From Owenia fusiformis (lineage: Eukaryota): a stretch of 64,000 bases of DNA. Location: contig CAIIXF020000001.1 in assembly GCA_903813345.2 (NCBI GenBank), positions 4,650,001 to 4,714,000 of the forward strand. Direction: 5' to 3'. A program made the translations under genes and the position numbers. Positions 58,801 to 64,000 of the stretch are shown in pieces (within the stretch, counting starts at the first letter, position 1; each line of letters begins with the position of its first letter). The notes below the pieces were generated by a model. The model was not told the origin of the DNA, ran no database searches, and worked only from the letters and a program-made list of their open reading frames with translations.

Positions 58801-61800
58801 GACTATATTGATTTGTTTCAGGATATGTGAAGGGGCCCTACATGATACAGGCAATAGATCTAAATTCAAACAATTGATCCAGATCACCTCTACATTACCC
58901 GATGATAATTTAGTATATATTTGTGCTATTACAATTAGATTTTCAATTTGGTATAAAGTGTTCGTACTGTTTTGTCTGACATAGTCGTGAAGACAACATT
59001 ATTAATTCTAACTATTATCGATATCGTTATTCTAGATGCCTTAGATAAATAGACATACTTTCTATTTTCAGTTGTTTTATCTTTTCTAATATTGCAATAA
59101 AACAGAGATCATCATTATTAAGTATGTGTCTGGCCAATCAATAAAGCAATAAATACTTCTGGTAATGAGAAGTGGCTTGATAGTTATTGAGGTTAATTCA
59201 ATGCTGGGATAACTATTTCATGATTTTTACTCAGCGATGCATGCAACAAATAAAACACTGGTTTATTGGGCCAATATAATAATGGGGCAAAAATGCTATG
59301 TTTCCATTCTGATTTAACAGATTCCCTCTTTATCCATCCTACAAGATAGGACGTCACTGATATACAGCAGCTATGTGCATGTGGAAAGAAGTGAAATACT
59401 CTTGGACCAAAGATGTTTTTATCTAATACATAAGAGTATATTCCAAGGGATCAGCTGTGGATCCCATAATGCAGTATTTCTAGATATAAAAATATTTTTG
59501 CTATGTTTGGTGGGTTACGTTACGCACGTTATATTACGTAACGGTAAACTCTTCATATTGTAATCAGAATTCATTAAAATCAAAAATGCACTCATAACCC
59601 CACCAAGCCATATCAACTTAAGCTAACAATATCAACCTGTGTATGTAGCACAGAAAGCAGAAATAAACAGATTTGAAGAATATTCTTATTACATTCCAAC
59701 GTTGATAGATAATCAGTCATAGATCCACCCTACTTAACACCGTTGTTACCGAGCTGGACCAAATTAATTGCATCTGTCTAACGAAATGCGTACATAGGGA
59801 TTCGGTTGAATTGTTATTCTTACCACATACTCACAATGAAATTAAGTTGAAACCAATATTGCCTTGCATACGGGATTATCTAACATTATCCCACTCAAAT
59901 ATATATCCTCCATGTTATAACTAGCGTCTAACAATTTCTTATGCGATCCCACTGGTACACGGAGATCTTTATAAATACTTAGAATGTCTCTAATGCTAAT
60001 ACAATCCCTCTAGGGTTTACAAGATAATGCAAAGCAACTTTTCTGGTCGGAACATTAATCCTTACCTGACAACATCAATTTAATGGCTGGTTGCAGCAAA
60101 TGTATGCAGTATTCAAAGCAAGGCTGAGAAATATAAAATGATCATACATTTATCATTATCAGGTTACACGATTCAATCATTTGCTGATTACTATATCGCA
60201 TTTCAGAATTATATATTTTTTATATTTTTCTGTTTTTGGATTTCTGTTTTTAGTCTAATGGATTATATATTCCTTTAAGTGTCTTTACATAGAACTGATT
60301 CCAATTTCAACTTTTCCTTGCCTAATATGTTTCATATCTTTGTGTAACATCCCTAACTCTGTAATTGGTGGTATATTATCATCCACAAACAAATGGACAA
60401 GCGGAAAACATAAACTATGATTCTCTAAACATGTCTTGAAGAGTAGATTTGACAATTATCTAAAAGCAGAGTTAAATGTAATTTAAGAACATAAATAAAC
60501 AATAAAACCCAATGCAACATCTACTGAAAATACAAAATCGAAACCTTTTAGATAGATCATTATGTAATGATCAATTCCCATAAATCATTTGATTTTGAGT
60601 TCATTTAATGGACATGGAAATTAAATTAAATTAAATGTTAAACTTCATAAACTAACTACCATTTGCATTCGTTTGACTCGCCATCGCCTTCATCATTAGT
60701 TAAGGACTCAACTCTGTGTTCACTACTCAGGATACAAAACTGATACCTCGTGGTTTTAAGACCAGCAAACGCATACTCTTGGATTTGATCATTACAATAC
60801 AAAAATATACATATGAATACAAACTCTGCGATGATGCATATCACCGAGTTCATTATGTACGAAACTGGTTTATTTTACATTTAACTAAATGTGCATTGAT
60901 ATTTGTGTTTGGTACTTATTTCATAAAGACTATTCCAGGGAAATATTTTTCATGCTCCTGGTTTTGAAATCATTGCGTATAGATTTAATATGATGTTTCC
61001 CATAACCCTCGAGTTGAAGATCATTATTATTAGAGACTGAACTCGTTGAGATTATAAACTAAATGGTCCCAGATCAGAGTCAATATTTAAATAAGTGTAA
61101 ATAATAAAGTGTCTCTTTGCAGCTATATTCGTTGCCATGATCTTCAATCATACTTATACAGTGTAAATATATAGTTATAATAACCTCGATGGGGTTCTAG
61201 CAGTTACCATTGTTCCTATTGAATCAGATCATGTCAATACAGAGCAACTCCACTACAACCCTATGAATAAATGATGACCACAGCAACAGCTTGGTCCGAT
61301 GCTAAAATCTCAAATACGATCATGCAATTTTCCTGAATTATGAATTAACAAGTATGCAGTATTGTTTATGACTCCCAGAGTACTATAAATATAAAATTAG
61401 TCATGCGCATGGTATATACATGTCTTATCTATTTTACTCTATGGCCCTCTATGTATGCTACCATTGCATTTTGCACTGTTGCATTTCTTCCAGAGAGGAT
61501 CCCTTTGTAGAAATCAATCATAACTAGCCTAAATGAAAGCAATAACAATCATTCCCCCAACAAACAACGTCATTCAGGCACAACGAATGATTGTGATATA
61601 AGAACAAATATTGAAAAAGCAAATGGCGTATAGCCCTTTGGGATGAGAATTAACTAACTCTATAACGTTTTATACGAAGGTATTAGCATCGAGCCTCTAA
61701 GAAAAATCAATCTGGAGGAATCAATTGCAATTGGTGGATTAGCCGCGAGGAGTACGTCACTTGTAGAGTCAGATAGATAAATCTAGCACTCAGTCAATAC

Positions 61801-62639
61801 TCAATTTCCTGATTAGTAGAAACACCAAGCGTGGGGAATGATCTCTTGATTCCAACTTGATGGAGATGGTGGATTGAACCTCATACACCGGATTCAGTAG
61901 TAAAACGCAACATGTAATATTATCCTATCTGGACAACTAGTTGTTAATTTTGCTAACTTCACTGTTTCAATATAATGTGCCTTGGTACATTTAGGCTAAT
62001 TAGAATTAAGAGTATGATTTAAAGATGATATGCTTCATTGAAGAGCATACCATGGGGAGTAAGTCATCCCTCCCTCTTTTATTCTCTATATTAGAATATT
62101 AGACGAGAAGGGATGGCTTACTCCACATTGGGCATACAATGAAAATATAACTTTTCTTACCCATCTAATTATTTAATGATTTTATCATGTTGTTTATAGT
62201 GTGCCATTTCAGCAATTTCTGAAAGTACAATTTAAAAGATCAAATAAGATCGGTATTTCGTCGAAGTTTAACTGCTGCATTGATGAATCAGTTCCGCACT
62301 CACTAGGACTATGTTATACGATTTTGTGACATTTTGTATGCAATCGCATGGACTGAACGCCTATAAACTTGATATATAATACATTAGAGAAATCATTGGT
62401 TGGATATACAGAAGTGCTCTGAGAGCCATCCATCATATCAGTTTAGCTGTTCATCTAAGGGAAGTGAAGCGTTGCAAAGTTTAGTGGCTGCTTTACTGAA
62501 CATTGATATATTTTATTTGAAATTGATAAATATCATTTGCGATAAAGACATTTCTTGTATGGTAAAAACTGATATAACAGTATGAGCTTATCATCAATAG
62601 ATCAAATATGATTTGCAGCCCGATGACCAATTCGTTATA

Positions 62640-62800
62640 AAGGATTGGTATCGATATGGAGAACTGAATTCAGCAATGTTTTTCTTTTAAACCAATTGCT
62701 GAAAATATTCTTTGAAAAAACACGATCCTTTATGTAATGTTGACTGATTGACAGCAATTTAATGCGAAAATAATTCATACATATTTTACGTAACTGTTTT
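62640..62800 (+). mobile_element. 5' part of the Kolobok-like family seen at 6129-6816
   Basis: AGGATTGGTATCGATATGGAGAACTGAAT..CAATGTTTTTC..TAATGTTGACTGATTGACA matches 6129-6250. Confidence 0.7.
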
Positions 62801-62820
62801 TTGTGCCTTTTTTTGTTGTT

Positions 62821-63420
62821 ATTGTTCGAGTCTCCATTTCAATTGAATTTTGAACTGATGAAATTATAAATAATAGGTCAAATATTATTCGTTGTTTGAG
62901 TCTCCATTTACATTTGAATTTTGAACTGATGAAATTAAACATAATGGGTCAAATATTATTTGTTGTTTGAGTCTCCATTTACACTTGAATTTTGAACTGA
63001 TGAAATTATACATCATAATGGGTCAAATATTATTCGATGTTTGAGTCTCCATTTACATTTGAATTTTGAATGAGTCTCCATTTACATTTGAATTTTGAAC
63101 TGATGAAATTATAAATAATAGGTCAAATATTATTCGTTGTTTGAGTCTCCATTTACATTTGAAATTTGAACTGATGAAATTAAACATAATCGGTCAAATA
63201 TTATTCGTTGTTTGAGTTTCCATTTACATTTGAATTTTGAACTGATGAAATTACAAATAATGGGTCAAATATTATTCGTTGTTTGAGTCTTCATTTACAT
63301 TTGAATCTTGAACTGATGAAATAACCCATTTGGGTTATCTATCTTACATTTGAATTTTGAACTGATGAAGTTATACATTGGGTCAAATATTATTCGCTGT
63401 TTGAATCTTCCTTTACATTA
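62821..63420. repeat. ~71-bp minisatellite, about 8 copies plus a 29-bp partial unit
   Basis: GAGTCTCCATTTACATTTGAATTTTGAACTGATGAAATTA...GTCAAATATTATTCGTTGTTT repeated from 62828. Confidence 0.9.
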
Positions 63421-64000
63421 TCAATTTAACTGATGTATTTATACAGTGCGTATCAAAAAACAAACAAATAGTTTTCTTAGAAAAGCATAAAACCAGTGTA
63501 ACAGCATTGATTTCATTCAATGTACCATAAAGCCACGTGTCTCCTCTTTCCAGGTATGTTATTTATTGACATTGGGTCATGGTTGGGCGAGTAATTATTC
63601 CTTTAGCAAAGTGGGCCAAAATTAGTTTTGGACCAAGTTATAAATATTGCGAAAGTCAGTGCACGTGGCCAGGTGCTATTGGAAGAAAACATAAAACCAG
63701 TGGTGACTCCATCCTTTTCATTCAATGAACCACAAAGCCACATTTCTTTGCAATGGTATGTCATTCATTTACATGTGTTCATGGTTGGTTCAAATAATCA
63801 CTGCTCTCGCAAAGTGGGGCAAAACCAGCTCGGGACCAAGTTTAAAACATTTCAAAAGTCAGCAGTGCATAGTGCATAGGGGCTATTTGAAGAAGATGTG
63901 GCAGGCGTGACATAGACAGTTAAGTTTTCATACTCATACTCTTACAAGAATACATCCTATACCCCCTCCAAATTGCAACACACAAAGATGCGCTCATCTC

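Noticed and set aside
56000-62600. Short ORFs and scattered splice-like sites upstream of the receptor (e.g. 60656-60853, 58394-58624)
   Set aside because: No recognisable domains or consistent exon chain; may hold 5' UTR exons or SINE remnants, but this is unsupported.

Overview
AT-rich animal genomic DNA with GT-AG introns; the gene and transposon families suggest a marine invertebrate, probably a lophotrochozoan (inference only). There are three main components. (1) Two tandem + strand fukutin-like (LicD-family) paralogues: 2437-5020 (5' exon outside the window) and 30777-39784, in a duplicated block with different transposon insertions. (2) Deeply nested transposons: a ~12.2-kb endonuclease-bearing Helitron2/Helentron (11042-23247, 2050-aa Rep-Hel-EEP ORF) inside an L2/CR1-type LINE, itself inside an older repeat whose empty-site copy is at 1281-1518; and a 4.6-kb Mutator-like element (25265-29864, 9-bp TSD) holding further nested elements. 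(3) A minus-strand GlyR/GluCl-like anion-selective Cys-loop receptor gene (53748-44196). One shared set of 5' exons (signal peptide to Cys-loop) splices in frame to either of two complete, diverged 3' cassettes (loop B to M4 and stop), so one locus can encode two channel subunits. This is the most interesting observation. All coordinates were read by hand; no searches were run.
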